From assembly GCF_000143415.4 (NCBI RefSeq), contig NW_003314450.1, positions 1 through 64,000 of the forward strand: 64,000 nt of DNA. Direction: 5' to 3'. Shown here piece by piece: positions 47,883-58,619 of the stretch. The notes under the pieces were generated by a model. The model was not told where the DNA came from. It saw nothing but the letters and a program-made list of their open reading frames with translations, and ran no database searches. Position 1 is the first letter of the stretch, and each line of letters begins with the position of its first letter. This DNA is from Selaginella moellendorffii (Eukaryota > Plantae > Lycopodiophyta). The position numbers and the translations under genes are program-made.

Positions 47883-49274
47883 TCAAGCGGCTGCCTCCAG
47901 CTTCTCCTCCAGCTTCTGTGGAAGAGCCTCGTCAACTTTCGGGAATTCACTCTCAGGCATCTCGTCCTTCGTTGTTTCTTCCGTTGCATCTGACTTCTCC
48001 CTCGCAGCCTTCGCCGAGGCCTGGAGCTTGACGAAATCACCCTTCTTGGTCTTGAGCGTTTCCACCACCTTGTTCGCCTCCCCGACCGTGGAGGGCGGCG
48101 ATATGCCGAGCTTCGCGAAGGAGGCGAGCGCGTCCAGAGACAAGCAAAGCTTCTCCTTCGGAGGTACCGCGCCCTTTCCTTTCTTGCCTCTAGCACTGGG
48201 CTCTTTCGATTTCCCGGCAAACCAGCCCTCATCCTCGCTCCGGTTCTTCTTGCTCTGCAGCATCGTCCCGAATCCCTCCACGCTGGCCACCGCCTCCCTC
48301 GATGCTGGCGTCTCGGGCAACTTATCCTCCGCCACCTCCACCGGCGTGAGCTTCTGGAGGTACGCTCCCAGCTGCTCGCACAGGATGATCTCGTCGGTAT
48401 ACTTCTCCACAAAGTTCTCCTCCGCGATCCTCTTCCTCGTCTTCTCCCGCTCCAGCCACTCGGCCCGCCTCCTCTCCTCGTTCTGCCTCGCTGCCACCGC
48501 CCTCCTCTCCCTCGCCACCTTCTCCCTCGCGAAGAACTCCGACCACCGCGCGTTGATCCCCTCCCGCAGGTTCTTGATCCTCTCGTACGCGCTGTTCCTC
48601 TCCGCCGCCAGCGCCGAGGTGTCCAGCGCCTTGGCGGCCTCGCTCTCCCGGATCTGGTCCATGGTCTTCTTGAGCTCGTTGATCTCCGCCTTGAGGCTCG
48701 TCAGGAGCTTGTCCTTCTCCCTGGCTCGCTCCAGCGCCGCGCCCCGGAGCTCCTGCTCTTGGGCGATCTGCTCCATCCTCTGGTTGTACTCCACCACCAT
48801 CTCCCGCGACCGCCGGAGCTCCTTGAGCTGCGCCATCGCGCCCCTCTCCTCCTTGATCGCCAGAGACGTGTGCTGGATCCGGTACTCGAGCCGCTGGATC
48901 TCAGCGTCGATGAGCTCCAGCTTGGCGGCGGAGGGCAACTTCTCTCGCAGCGCGCGCGCCTCGACGCGGCCCTGCTCGCGGATCTTGTCCGCCGCCTCCA
49001 GCTCCGCCTTGATCCGCCGCTTCTCCTCGAGGTTGTCCGCGAAGGAGGCGTTCATCACGGCCAGCTTGTTCCGGGCCTCGACGAGCTCCGGCGACTGCGC
49101 GTACCTGGTGCCCTTGGACGACTCCAGCTGCGCCTTGATCTCCACAATCCGGCCCTGGAGCGCCTTGATCTCCTCCTCCGCCGCCGCCGCCGCCGCCTCC
49201 ACGGCCTTCCGATCCGCTCGATCCGGGCGGCTGGCCTGCGCCGCCGATGCCGCCGCCTCCACCATCGCTACCAT
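47883..49274 (-). CDS. Proton pump-interactor/Bfr1-like coiled-coil protein
   Basis: Intronless, 463 aa. IDAEIQRLEYRIQHTSLAIKEER..LKEL is the PPI-type motif. C-terminal DEIILCEQL and LDALASFAKLGISPP. Confidence 0.75.
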   Translation of the reverse strand: MVAMVEAAASAAQASRPDRADRKAVEAAAAAAEEEIKALQGRIVEIKAQLESSKGTRYAQSPELVEARNKLAVMNASFADNLEEKRRIKAELEAADKIREQGRVEARALREKLPSAAKLELIDAEIQRLEYRIQHTSLAIKEERGAMAQLKELRRSREMVVEYNQRMEQIAQEQELRGAALERAREKDKLLTSLKAEINELKKTMDQIRESEAAKALDTSALAAERNSAYERIKNLREGINARWSEFFAREKVARERRAVAARQNEERRRAEWLEREKTRKRIAEENFVEKYTDEIILCEQLGAYLQKLTPVEVAEDKLPETPASREAVASVEGFGTMLQSKKNRSEDEGWFAGKSKEPSARGKKGKGAVPPKEKLCLSLDALASFAKLGISPPSTVGEANKVVETLKTKKGDFVKLQASAKAAREKSDATEETTKDEMPESEFPKVDEALPQKLEEKLEAAA

Positions 49275-49555
49275 GATCTGCGCTTAAAATCAAGAACCCT
49301 AGCCTTGCTTCTAACTGATTCTTTAACCTTTTGTAGAGGCTAGCTTTTGCATTTTACCTTTACTATGACAGTTACACGTGGAAGGTGTTTATTGGTTCTT
49401 GACCATTGACATGTGTCTGACGTGGCATATTCCGAGGAACCCTAATCGCTGTGGTTGCCACGACTCCTCAATGTTTCTCGATCGCGAGGGCAGCATCGAA
49501 GAGCCCACGTCTCGATCTCGATCACCTAGCGAGCATTGCGGTTACCAGATCAGTT

Positions 49556-50263
49556 ATGCCACCGCCCACAACGGCCCAAATCGACGCCTACCTCAAGGAG
49601 GACGCCAGTGTCACCAGCGAAGGCTCGGGAGCTAACCCGGTGTTCCAGGCCATCCACGCCGCGCGCCTCTTCCCTCTCACATACCGATCGGTGTCCGAGG
49701 CCAGGATCCCACTCCCCACCTGGAGCCGCTACCGCCAGGACGCGCCCAATCCAATCCGGACAGTCGAGTGGAGGAACATCATCATCACCGCCAGGATCAC
49801 GCTCTGCGAGGACGCCTACTCCCTCCTCGCGGACGTCTCCAACGTTCTCAAGGAGGAGGCCGAGGATGTGGAGGATTTCTACGGCAAGGGGAGCTTGCTC
49901 ATGGAGAAGCTCGTTGGATTTCGCGGGAAGAGCATGGGCAGCACCAAGAACAAGCAGCTCATCACGTACGTGGAGAACCAGCCGGGCACTGGGAGGGGAT
50001 GTGGGACGGTGTTCTATCCATTTCTCGAGTTTGACAGGGAGTGTGACTACCAAGCGGCCGTGATCTTCATCACCAACCGGATCAGGCGCGATGCGCTAGG
50101 AGGGAAGGCCGTGTTTGAGCTAGAGGAGCTCGATACGTGCCTTGTTCGCGATCGAGTCATGGCGTTTCTGGCAAGCAGGGGGATTGAGCCGCCGCCGCCA
50201 CCAGTGGAGGAAGCGCCGCCGGAGGAGGAGCCTCCGCCACCACCTGCAAAGAAGAGAAAGTAG
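49556..50263 (+). CDS. Unknown 235-aa protein with Pro/Glu tail and C-terminal NLS
   Basis: Intronless ORF with GC3-rich codons and a globular-looking core, ending PPPPAKKRK. A decayed paralog lies at 57870. Confidence 0.75.
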   Translation: MPPPTTAQIDAYLKEDASVTSEGSGANPVFQAIHAARLFPLTYRSVSEARIPLPTWSRYRQDAPNPIRTVEWRNIIITARITLCEDAYSLLADVSNVLKEEAEDVEDFYGKGSLLMEKLVGFRGKSMGSTKNKQLITYVENQPGTGRGCGTVFYPFLEFDRECDYQAAVIFITNRIRRDALGGKAVFELEELDTCLVRDRVMAFLASRGIEPPPPPVEEAPPEEEPPPPPAKKRK

Positions 50264-51349
50264 TGGCAGCGATCGAGAGTGGGCAATGTTTTGCGAAGAG
50301 ATCTTGTACTGCAAACATGCCAGCGCTACGATCCCTTGCTCATCGTCTAGATCATGCTGTAGAGTTTGCAAGCCCGTGAGCTCTAAAACATTCACTTCTC
50401 AAGTGTTAAATGTTTCTAAGATCCAATGGCGCGTCCGCTTCATCCAGCTAGCAAGATCATCTTCAATCCAAACTCTCCAACTTCCCGGAAGTTTTCGATC
50501 CAGCTAGTCCTCCCCGATACATTCACTCCTTTCTACTATCACATCTTGATATCTCCAGATAATGGCGATGGAGTGATAAGGAGAACAGCAGCTCTGGATC
50601 AATGCATGCTAGAGATAGAAGCATGCTGAGATGAGGTTGAGGTTGATCTTACGGCTCAGAGAGTTGAATAGGAAAACTCCTGCTGAGACGAACTGAAGCA
50701 GTGATAGCCGGTTCTAGAAAGTGGCCACCAATTCGACTAGAACATCGTTCTCGTGTCAATGTAAACAGATTCCCATAAAGTATCCACTTCCCAATGGATC
50801 ACAGATTTCTTGGCTCTGGATCAAGCACCTTTACCAGATCACTTCGCAACGACAATCGATCGATCAGATTTGAAGGTAACTTCAAATACCTTGGACACCA
50901 GATGATCCTCGGCCACCTTTATCCGATCAAGCTCTCGCCCCCCCCCATACTTTCTGATCGTTTTACTCCAGCTCCCGCAAGTTTGATACGTGTTCGATAC
51001 GTGTTCGATACCCTTGCTCGTGGAAAAGTAGTTAGAGAGAGAGAAAGAGATAGAGAGTGGTCACCCTTTTGTTTCGTTGGGGCAGCAGCCACCATCTCCT
51101 CGACCACCTCTTCATGTCCGACAGTGTGAAGCGAGAAAGATCATCGCCACTGCTATACCGACAAGAGCTGGAAATATCACCAGCATGGCCGCAAGGCCGT
51201 TGCATGGAAGTTGACACCATACAGCTGAAGTGGTCGTGGTGTAGGTGGTGATATCCTCGAATTCCAAGATTGCTGCTTGCAAACTTGGATCGCTGGCCTC
51301 ATGTACAAACAGCGGGGGCTGGTGGCGTGAAGCGCTGCGGGTGCAAGGC

Positions 51350-51540
51350 AAACTTTTGATCCTGTTGCTGTTGGCGTGAGTCGAGCTTTTGATCCTGTTG
51401 CTGCTGCGTGAGGAGAGCTTTTACTGCTGTTGTGCAGGTTCTCCACATCGTTGCTGTTGCTGCTACTGTGCTGAATGAGCTCTCCATGACATTGCTGCTG
51501 CTGAGCAAGCTCTACATGTTGTTGCTGCTACTAGCACCAT
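51350..51540. repeat. CTG-rich degenerate repeat
   Basis: Repeated gagctct(c)catg..ttgctgctgct and cttttgatcctgttgctg units. Confidence 0.75.
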
Positions 51541-52264
51541 AAGGTGAGCTCTTGTGGAAGGAAACTCCACAAACACTAAAACAAGTGAGCATATAAAAAC
51601 CATTGTTGCATAGGGATTTAAATCTTTTCATTCTTTAATGCTAATTGTCACAGCAAAACCAGTGTTGCATAGGGATTTAAACCTTCTTATGCTTTACCAT
51701 CCAATTATTCTTCTCAGCACCAACATATTGGTGGTGTTTCATCACACCACTCATTTGCTTTTTGATTTCCACCTAAGCCTTCTCTTCACACAATGACAAA
51801 ACTTTGGGATCACATTTAATATAAAAGAAAGGGAAATTTCATTTTAACTTTGTTTTTGTTATGGACAATCTTGGCAACAATTGTGCTACATTCTACACTT
51901 TTTACTTCAGAACATCTTGAATAAATTGTTACACTTGTGTCTTTGGATTTTCACTTTTCTTTTCTTTTTGCTAGCTTTGTAGTAAGAGTAACTTGATTGT
52001 CTCTTCAGCACTTCCTCTCTCCCTATTATCTAATATTTTTCCAACACTGAAATAAAATGGTTTTTAACTTGATTTGGCATGTGTGGAGTTTCCATCCATA
52101 TTTTTTGGTCCATTGTCTTGAATAAAGAGTGAGCAAAGTGAGCACAGAAAAATTATTAATGCCTAAGGACTTGAACTTCTTCATTCCAAAAGTTCAGGTT
52201 AAGTAGGATTATTATTAATAATTATTATTAATCACGTCTAATAATGACCTTGACTTCTTTGACA

Positions 52265-52480
52265 ACTCTCCACGACATTGCATGTGCTCTCCATGTTATT
52301 GCTGCTGCTGGCGTCATAAAGCGAGCTCTCCATGACACTGCTGCTGCTGAGTGAGCTCTCCATGTTGTTGCTGCTGCTGCTGGCATCGTAAAGCGAGCTC
52401 TCCAAGACGTTGCTGCTGCTGAGCGAACTCTCCATGCCTGCTGCTGTGGAGCAAGCTCTCCATGTTGTTGCTGCAGGCTA
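52265..52480. repeat. CTG-rich degenerate minisatellite (same unit as 51350)
   Basis: About 6 units of gagctctccatg..(ttg)ctgctgctg. Confidence 0.8.
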
Positions 52481-52759
52481 GCATCATTGCGATACCAAAC
52501 CCACAGCGAGTTTGATAGTGTCTTTTCTCCCTCCTGCACCGCTGCTTGAAAAGCTTTTCGAGCGTTTTCAGTGTTGGACTTCCCACCATCCTGACCAGGC
52601 AAGCTCCGGGGGAGCCATCGCCACACCAATGGTGTTGGAGCTGCTGGCAGTGCCGGCGTCCATAACAAACCACCTTGTCTTTGACTATTTAACTGTAAAC
52701 CGCATAATTCCATGTATAAATCCCTAAGAAATAATCTCCATGTTGCATTCACATATAAA

Positions 52760-53181
52760 ATGGCCCATGTTGTCTTGTGCCTCTTGAGTGCTTATGCAGC
52801 CATGGGTTTGCTTGTACAATATGGTTCTACCACGGTTGGGAATGGCAGTTTCATCCCTTTGAGCAGCACCAATTCATCACGGTTGACATTGAAGGATTTT
52901 GTGGAAATGGTAGTGCTTGTCTCTTCTTGGTGGTGATGACAGATCAAAAAGCACTAGCGACTCCGCTCTTGAATTACCCCTACATCAACGTTTGGGTTGC
53001 AAACATTCTAGCAGGGAACTCTGGTAAGAACCACACTTACAATTTCATGCTCGTGCCGCAGAGGAATCCCTTGGTGAAGCCCATCGCCAAGCGCATGGTT
53101 CTCTCTCTGGCCAATATCATCCAGCAGTACCATTGTGGAAGCCCTCTCCAGGCCGTCTCCTTCACCACCTTCCTCCACTAA
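52760..53181 (+). pseudogene. Frameshifted PEBP (FT/TFL1/MFT fold)-like gene with apparent signal peptide
   Basis: MAHVVLCLLSAYAAMG-LLVQYGSTTVGNGSFIPLS, frameshift at ~52870, then VDIEG..LFLVVMTDQKA..WVANI..HTYNFMLVPQ..QQYHCGSPLQAVSF. Confidence 0.65.
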
Positions 53182-53301
53182 TCTTAGTTCAAGAACATGA
53201 GAATGAGAACTTGTTTTCATTCCACTACCTTTCTTTGAAGGCTTTGAAAATCAAATCACTCCATAGCTTGTGTCATTCATGATATCTATTCTGACCAGCA
53301 C

Positions 53302-54543
53302 TTAGAAAAAGGCTCGGCTGCCATAGAAAACCCGGTGGTTCTTGCCATGATCACCACTGTCCTGGTGGGACTTGCTCTTCTTGGCGTTTGGAGTGGAGGT
53401 ATCCTTGCGATCCAGATCGAGCGGGAGCTGCATCTTGGCCAGCGCCTCCGTGAACTGCTGCATGCTCTTCATGTACATGTCCACGAACTGCTGCTGCATG
53501 TCCGGAGAGTCGCTACTGATCGATGACGACGACGCCTCCTGGCTGCTTCCACGGCACGGCGGCTGCGCTTTGCAGCTCTCCCCCAATCCATGATGATCGC
53601 TTGGAGGCCCAGAGCTCACACCGCTGCTGTCGCTCGACTGATCATGATCGTCGGAGCAAGTGGTGCCCACTTCGCTGCTCGAGGGCGAGCTGTTCTTCTC
53701 AGCTGCTCGGTGGTATTGGTGATGGTGACTGCTCGTTAAGTTCCCGGAATCATGATCCTTGCTCGAGCTCTTCGCCTCGAACAGGAGCGAGGGCCCCGTG
53801 ACGATCCCACTGCTGTTGTGCGACGAGGAAGATATCTCCAGGTAGCTCGACACCAGCTGCTGATCCTCGGACGCGGCTTGCAAGTCCGGGAACTCGATCC
53901 TCTCAAACTCGCCGCCATCACCCTGCCAAGGTGGCGACTCCGACCCGGACGAAGAACTCGCGTGGCCATCCTCGAACACCTTGATGAACCCGTGCTTTTT
54001 CTTCTTCACCACGACCACCGGACCTGGCGAGCATTGATCGGCGGGCGAGGCGTGATCATCCGACGCGAGAGCTCCCTCCCGAAACGCTAAAGTGAGGCGG
54101 ACGATCCCGGCCGGGGAGTGGAAGAGCTCGGTGGAGGAGAGACCGTATGCTTCCGGCTGGTCTTGGCCTTTGGAAGCCAAGCTGGAGAGAGGAACGAGCG
54201 CGAAGCCCAGGAGCTGGTCCTCGAGGTAGCTGTGAGCTCGGCTGCTCATCCACATCTCGCATTTGAGCACCGAGTTTGGGCACGTCACGGGCAGCTGGAA
54301 GCTCTCGTTGAAGACGGGGTTCTTGCCGGCCTTGGCGATCACTTGTGTGCAAACGGGCTCGGCCTTGCCGTGCGTGAAGGAGAACTTCGCGAAAACGTCC
54401 TGCTTGTCGTAGATACAAATGTTGTGGATCCCCTGCGCGTCGTGGACGCGCACCTCCAGGATCCCGCCCTGGAAGGAGCTCTGCTGCTCGTCGTGATCAT
54501 CGCCCAGGGCGCTGCTGCTGTAGCTGGGAAGAGCCGCGATCAT
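53302..54543 (-). CDS. C2-domain (CaLB) protein with conserved RVFYGSRAFF C-terminus
   Basis: LEVRVHDAQGIHNICIYDKQDVFAK, GKNPVFNE, YLEDQLLGFALVP, VDMYMKSMQQFTEALAKM, RVFYGSRAFF. Confidence 0.9.
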   Translation of the reverse strand: MIAALPSYSSSALGDDHDEQQSSFQGGILEVRVHDAQGIHNICIYDKQDVFAKFSFTHGKAEPVCTQVIAKAGKNPVFNESFQLPVTCPNSVLKCEMWMSSRAHSYLEDQLLGFALVPLSSLASKGQDQPEAYGLSSTELFHSPAGIVRLTLAFREGALASDDHASPADQCSPGPVVVVKKKKHGFIKVFEDGHASSSSGSESPPWQGDGGEFERIEFPDLQAASEDQQLVSSYLEISSSSHNSSGIVTGPSLLFEAKSSSKDHDSGNLTSSHHHQYHRAAEKNSSPSSSEVGTTCSDDHDQSSDSSGVSSGPPSDHHGLGESCKAQPPCRGSSQEASSSSISSDSPDMQQQFVDMYMKSMQQFTEALAKMQLPLDLDRKDTSTPNAKKSKSHQDSGDHGKNHRVFYGSRAFF

Positions 54544-54893
54544 CGTAGCCCTGGAGTTTTCAGAAAGAATCACAAAGAGAAGCACAATGATCGCGAGCAA
54601 GATTTACCTTTGCTCGAAGTTCTTGGAAGCGCGATCGAGCACCGCATTGGTACCCGCATGGAACAATCCGAGAATTTATATCATGGTGGAAATGGAATGT
54701 CGAGTGTATCCACTGTGATTTTCATTCAATGGGCCATACACTCCTTGCTTCGTTCTCACGCCAGGCGCCGCCCCACCAGGGAGAAAACGTAGAAACAAAG
54801 TGATCACTGTTGACCAAGAGTGTACTAATTGACTAGAAGTTGACTTTTGTGATCTTACATGTTCTTCCAAGAAACCGAGCTATTCCTCTGAAT

Positions 54894-56276
54894 CTAGTTG
54901 TCCCCTGGTAAAGGAGCCAGCTCGTTGCGAGCGAATCTCTCCTCGTCGAAGTAGCTGCCTCTCACTACTCTCCCACCAAAGAAACGGCCATCCAAATCCG
55001 CGAGAGCTTTACTAGCCTGGTCCGCCCGCTCAAACTGGACGAAGATCCGGACTGCCTCGGTTGGAGCGTAGTCATGCTCGGTGATCTCGAAGATCAGCAC
55101 GCTTGTCACCACGCCAAACTTGCTACACTCGGACGCAACCTCTTCCTCGAGCTCGGCATCCACTTCTCCGGGACCAACCTGGAAAAGAAAGGAGAGAAAA
55201 ACCACCTTGAATACATGAAACTTGGAAAGTTCTAGACATACCATGTTGCGGAGTAGAACAACACGAGTAGCCACTGGCCTTTGTTGCTGCTGCTGATTTT
55301 GTTGTTTCTTGAGCTCACCCGCATTGACGATCACTCCAGCGCGTTTATCAGTCTTTCGAGCCATCAGAGGAGTGGTGATTCCCTGCTCTTGTTTCCCCAA
55401 GCCTTGGCCTTCTCTCCATCCCATTCTCGCCATCATCCTCTGGGCAGCGGTCATTCCTCCACTGTTATTCCCGTTGCCACCACCCTGGCTTTGTTGCTGC
55501 TTGCCACCATGGCTATGGTGGCCCTCCACTTGAGACGAAGATGGTGGTGGTATGTCCGATGGCCCGGCAGCCGAGAAGGAGGAAGAGCTCCCCCGACCAC
55601 CTCCGGCACTTAGCATGGCTCTTCTCTTCCAAGCCTCTTCACCGCTTATATGCACGTCTTCCTTGTGCTGCCTCTCAAGCTCCTTCTGCCTTGCCACCTC
55701 TCGCTCCCTCTCTTTTTCTTCCTCTTCCTCCCTCCGCCGCTCCATATCTCGCTTCAGCTCCTTCTCCATCTTCTTCCGCTTGCGATCGCGGCAGTACTCC
55801 TCGTAATCGTTGGGCCGAGCGGGATCATACTCGTCGATGATACAAACGGGCACCGCCACTGGCGGCGTTGGAGTAACCGCGACCGCCGCCGCTACTACTG
55901 CTGGCGTCGCCGCCACCGCCACTGGTTTCACAGTAGCCACAACCGGCGGTTGCCTGGGAGGAGGCGGCGCCTTGGCGGAGGACTGGTTGCGCAAGACGGA
56001 GGGAGGAGCAGCGAAAATACCTGCCTTTCGAAGCGCCGCTGGCGGGGTCATGAGCTTGCCATTGCCGATCAAGCTGTGCTTCTTGGCTGAATCTTCGCTC
56101 GCTGCTGCTGCTGCTGCTGCTGCTCGAGCGTCGGCATCGGCCTGCGCGGCTGCCGCCGCTGCAGCAGCCGCGGCCGCAGCCGCTGCGGCAAATGCTGTCG
56201 CTGAGGATCCCGAGGACGCCGAAGCCGATGAGGATTGAGACGGGGGAGGAAGATCGCCATAGAGCCCTCCCAGCAT
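54894..56276 (-). CDS. DRT111: Splicing factor 45 / DRT111 (G-patch + UHM)
   Basis: MLGGLYGDLPPP, EYDPARPNDYE, G-patch AQRMMARMGWREGQGLG, UHM with GRFFGGR. Intron 55179-55241. Confidence 0.93.
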   Translation of the reverse strand: MLGGLYGDLPPPSQSSSASASSGSSATAFAAAAAAAAAAAAAAAQADADARAAAAAAAASEDSAKKHSLIGNGKLMTPPAALRKAGIFAAPPSVLRNQSSAKAPPPPRQPPVVATVKPVAVAATPAVVAAAVAVTPTPPVAVPVCIIDEYDPARPNDYEEYCRDRKRKKMEKELKRDMERRREEEEEKEREREVARQKELERQHKEDVHISGEEAWKRRAMLSAGGGRGSSSSFSAAGPSDIPPPSSSQVEGHHSHGGKQQQSQGGGNGNNSGGMTAAQRMMARMGWREGQGLGKQEQGITTPLMARKTDKRAGVIVNAGELKKQQNQQQQQRPVATRVVLLRNMVCLELSKFHVFKVVFLSFLFQVGPGEVDAELEEEVASECSKFGVVTSVLIFEITEHDYAPTEAVRIFVQFERADQASKALADLDGRFFGGRVVRGSYFDEERFARNELAPLPGDN

Positions 56277-57209
56277 CCTTGAAGAACCCTAATTTCCCCT
56301 AAAAGAACAGAATATCCTCCAATTTAAATACTTAAAATGCTAACCATTTAAAAAAGGAAAACAATCTGGGCCGTCCCTTTTTCGCACCATTTTTACTAGA
56401 AAAAGGGCATAATGATGCAATTTTGTGTTCCTCTTAAGGGGAAAATGTGGCTCTTCTTTCTTATGGTTTGCAGCTTGTTACAATGCCTAGTGTGCTCCTA
56501 AAAGCAATCTGGAGGCATCTTTACCATTAGCGTTGGCCTTCAAATGTATTGGAAGGCTTGCTTTTTCATGCAACGACATGATGCTAGCCTGCTCATTCAA
56601 ACTCTTGGAGGCCACTTCTCCACCTGAAGACCACCAGAGCCTTGGAGGATGAGAAGCAAAGAGGTTCTTACCTCTATTGCAATAGTTACCCGCCCTTGGC
56701 ATCTTGTGCTTGCTATATGACTTTGGCTTTTGATGGAGTATTCATGTAGACTTTGGCGGGCTACTTCTCTACTTGGAGGCTGCTTGAGGTTTTTTACATG
56801 GGAAAATTGGTTGTAGTGTTTGCTGTCGTCACAGATGGGGTATTTATTTTTAGTTAAAGAAAAGAAAAAGGCTTTAAAACATTTTTACACTAGTTTATAT
56901 TTGTAGCAAGTTTTAACAATTTCCTTTTTAGTTCTTTATTAATAACATTTGTTATAAGAGTTGAGAGCATGATATGTGCTGCTATAGCGCAGGAATTTAT
57001 GCCACCATCATAAAATATACTTCATGTTGATGTCTGAGATTTATTCATGGGATTTTGGCTTGTTTATAGCCAAATATAGGAATTTATGAGACTTAGATGT
57101 TAGAGAGAGCTTGGAGGATATGAGTTAGCCATTTAAGTGGAATAAAAGCCATTTGAGTGGAGTATATTACTATCACTTTCACATATTTAACGTATGGTTA
57201 TAATTGGCT

Positions 57210-57524
57210 ACAGTAGAGGCCTTTTAGGAGGATTTGGCTTGTGAAGACTCATTGATTCTTCGTTACATTGTGGGCAGACCAAAATGCTCGAGAGCAGGTT
57301 ACCATCTATATCTTATTGACCGCAGGCATTGGAACCTCAACGCGGAGAACATCATTCATATGCAGAACCTGGACCAGTTCGTGCTCATTGACTTCAAACA
57401 TGCGTATACTGAATACGACAATGATTTTGGCGAAGTTCCAGATGCAGTCAGCCTTCAGATGGCTGGGTGGAATAGTGCAGGTCGTAACCGTGCGGTTCCT
57501 ATCGAGTGGCCCTGTGCTGGCTAG
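57210..57524 (+). pseudogene. Atypical protein-kinase C-lobe fragment
   Basis: LILRYIVGRP, YHLYLIDRRHWNLNAENII, FVLIDFKHA (subdomains V-VII-like). Confidence 0.5.
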
Positions 57525-57869
57525 CTTTGCCAACTATGCTTTCACGCTACCTCCCTCCACGCCTTAACCCGATTATCACCATTGGCTGCGGCGCTCGCCG
57601 GTGCTGCTGGTTTGCCACCTCCAGAGCTAAGTATACATCATAGATCATCCTATAGTGCTGCCTCCCAGTAGTTTCCGCTTTCAAAAGCTATAGTAGGCTA
57701 CAATCTCACTTGAGTTTCAAAGTTTGGTACGGCGTTGAACATTAGCTAATCAAATCTTCCTCCAAGATGAAAGTTTCTGAGTGGCACTAATTTGACACGT
57801 AGATGTCTTTATTGGCATTGATCCAGGTGGCATTGTCAATGAGGAATTGAAGCTTTCTCTCCCATTTTC

Positions 57870-58480
57870 TGCCGCGCGCCTCTCCCAGATCGGTGTCCGA
57901 GGCCAAGATCCCACTCCCCACCTGGAGCCGCTACCGCAAGCACGCACCCAATCCAATCCGGGCAGTCGAGTGGCATCATCACCGTCAGCAAGGACGCCTA
58001 CTCTCTCCTCGCGGACGTGGAGGATTTCTACGGCAATGGGGAGCTTGCTCATGGAGATCTAGATTTGAGCTCGATACATGCCCTGTTCGCGATCGAGTCA
58101 TGGCGTTTCTGGCGAGCAGGGGGATTGAGCTGCGGCGCCCGGTGGAGGAGGAGGAGCCTCCGCCACCACCTGCAAACAAGAGAAAGTAATGGTGATGACT
58201 GCGCGATGCAATGCCGAAGTTTCTGCCGATGTTTTGCGAGGAGATCGTCTACTGCAAACATCCTACACTAGGACGAGAGTTTGCTCGCGTGGAAGAGCAT
58301 CGTGATTCGTGTGATAAACGCAAACAAAAAAACCTTTTTCTAAACTTGATCAAAACATTCACTTCTAAAGATCCAATTGCGCGTACGCTTCGTCCAGCCA
58401 GCAAGATCATCTTCAATCCAAACTCTCCAACTTGGTAAGCCACCCTGGAAGTTTTCGATCCAGCTAGTCCTCCCGATACC
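57870..58480 (+). pseudogene. Deleted paralog of the 49556 orphan gene plus its 3' flank
   Basis: Near-identical blocks to 49658-50520, with several internal deletions and frameshifts. Confidence 0.92.
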
Positions 58481-58619
58481 CGTGTGAACGGTGGAAGAAC
58501 ATGGATGAACAGAAGCAGCGAGAATGAAAGGAAACAAGGAAGACAAGCGGGAGGAGGAAAAAGAAATACAGAAAATATAACCTAGCGTTCCACACTACTA
58601 TACCGTCCCGTACTGGTTC

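Noticed and set aside
47842-49287. 481-aa plus-strand ORF, and similar antisense ORFs over the RLK, GRAS, C2 and DRT111 genes
   Set aside because: Shadow frames of GC3-rich coding sequence on the opposite strand.
54544-54600. Signal peptide on the C2 protein (MLAIIVLLFVIL)
   Set aside because: Begins at a non-ATG codon inside a GT-AG intron-like segment; the first ATG is at 54543.
28516-56276. Biosynthetic gene cluster
   Set aside because: The enzymes (2-ODD, TAR) are far apart and interspersed with unrelated housekeeping genes; no scaffold-forming enzyme is present.
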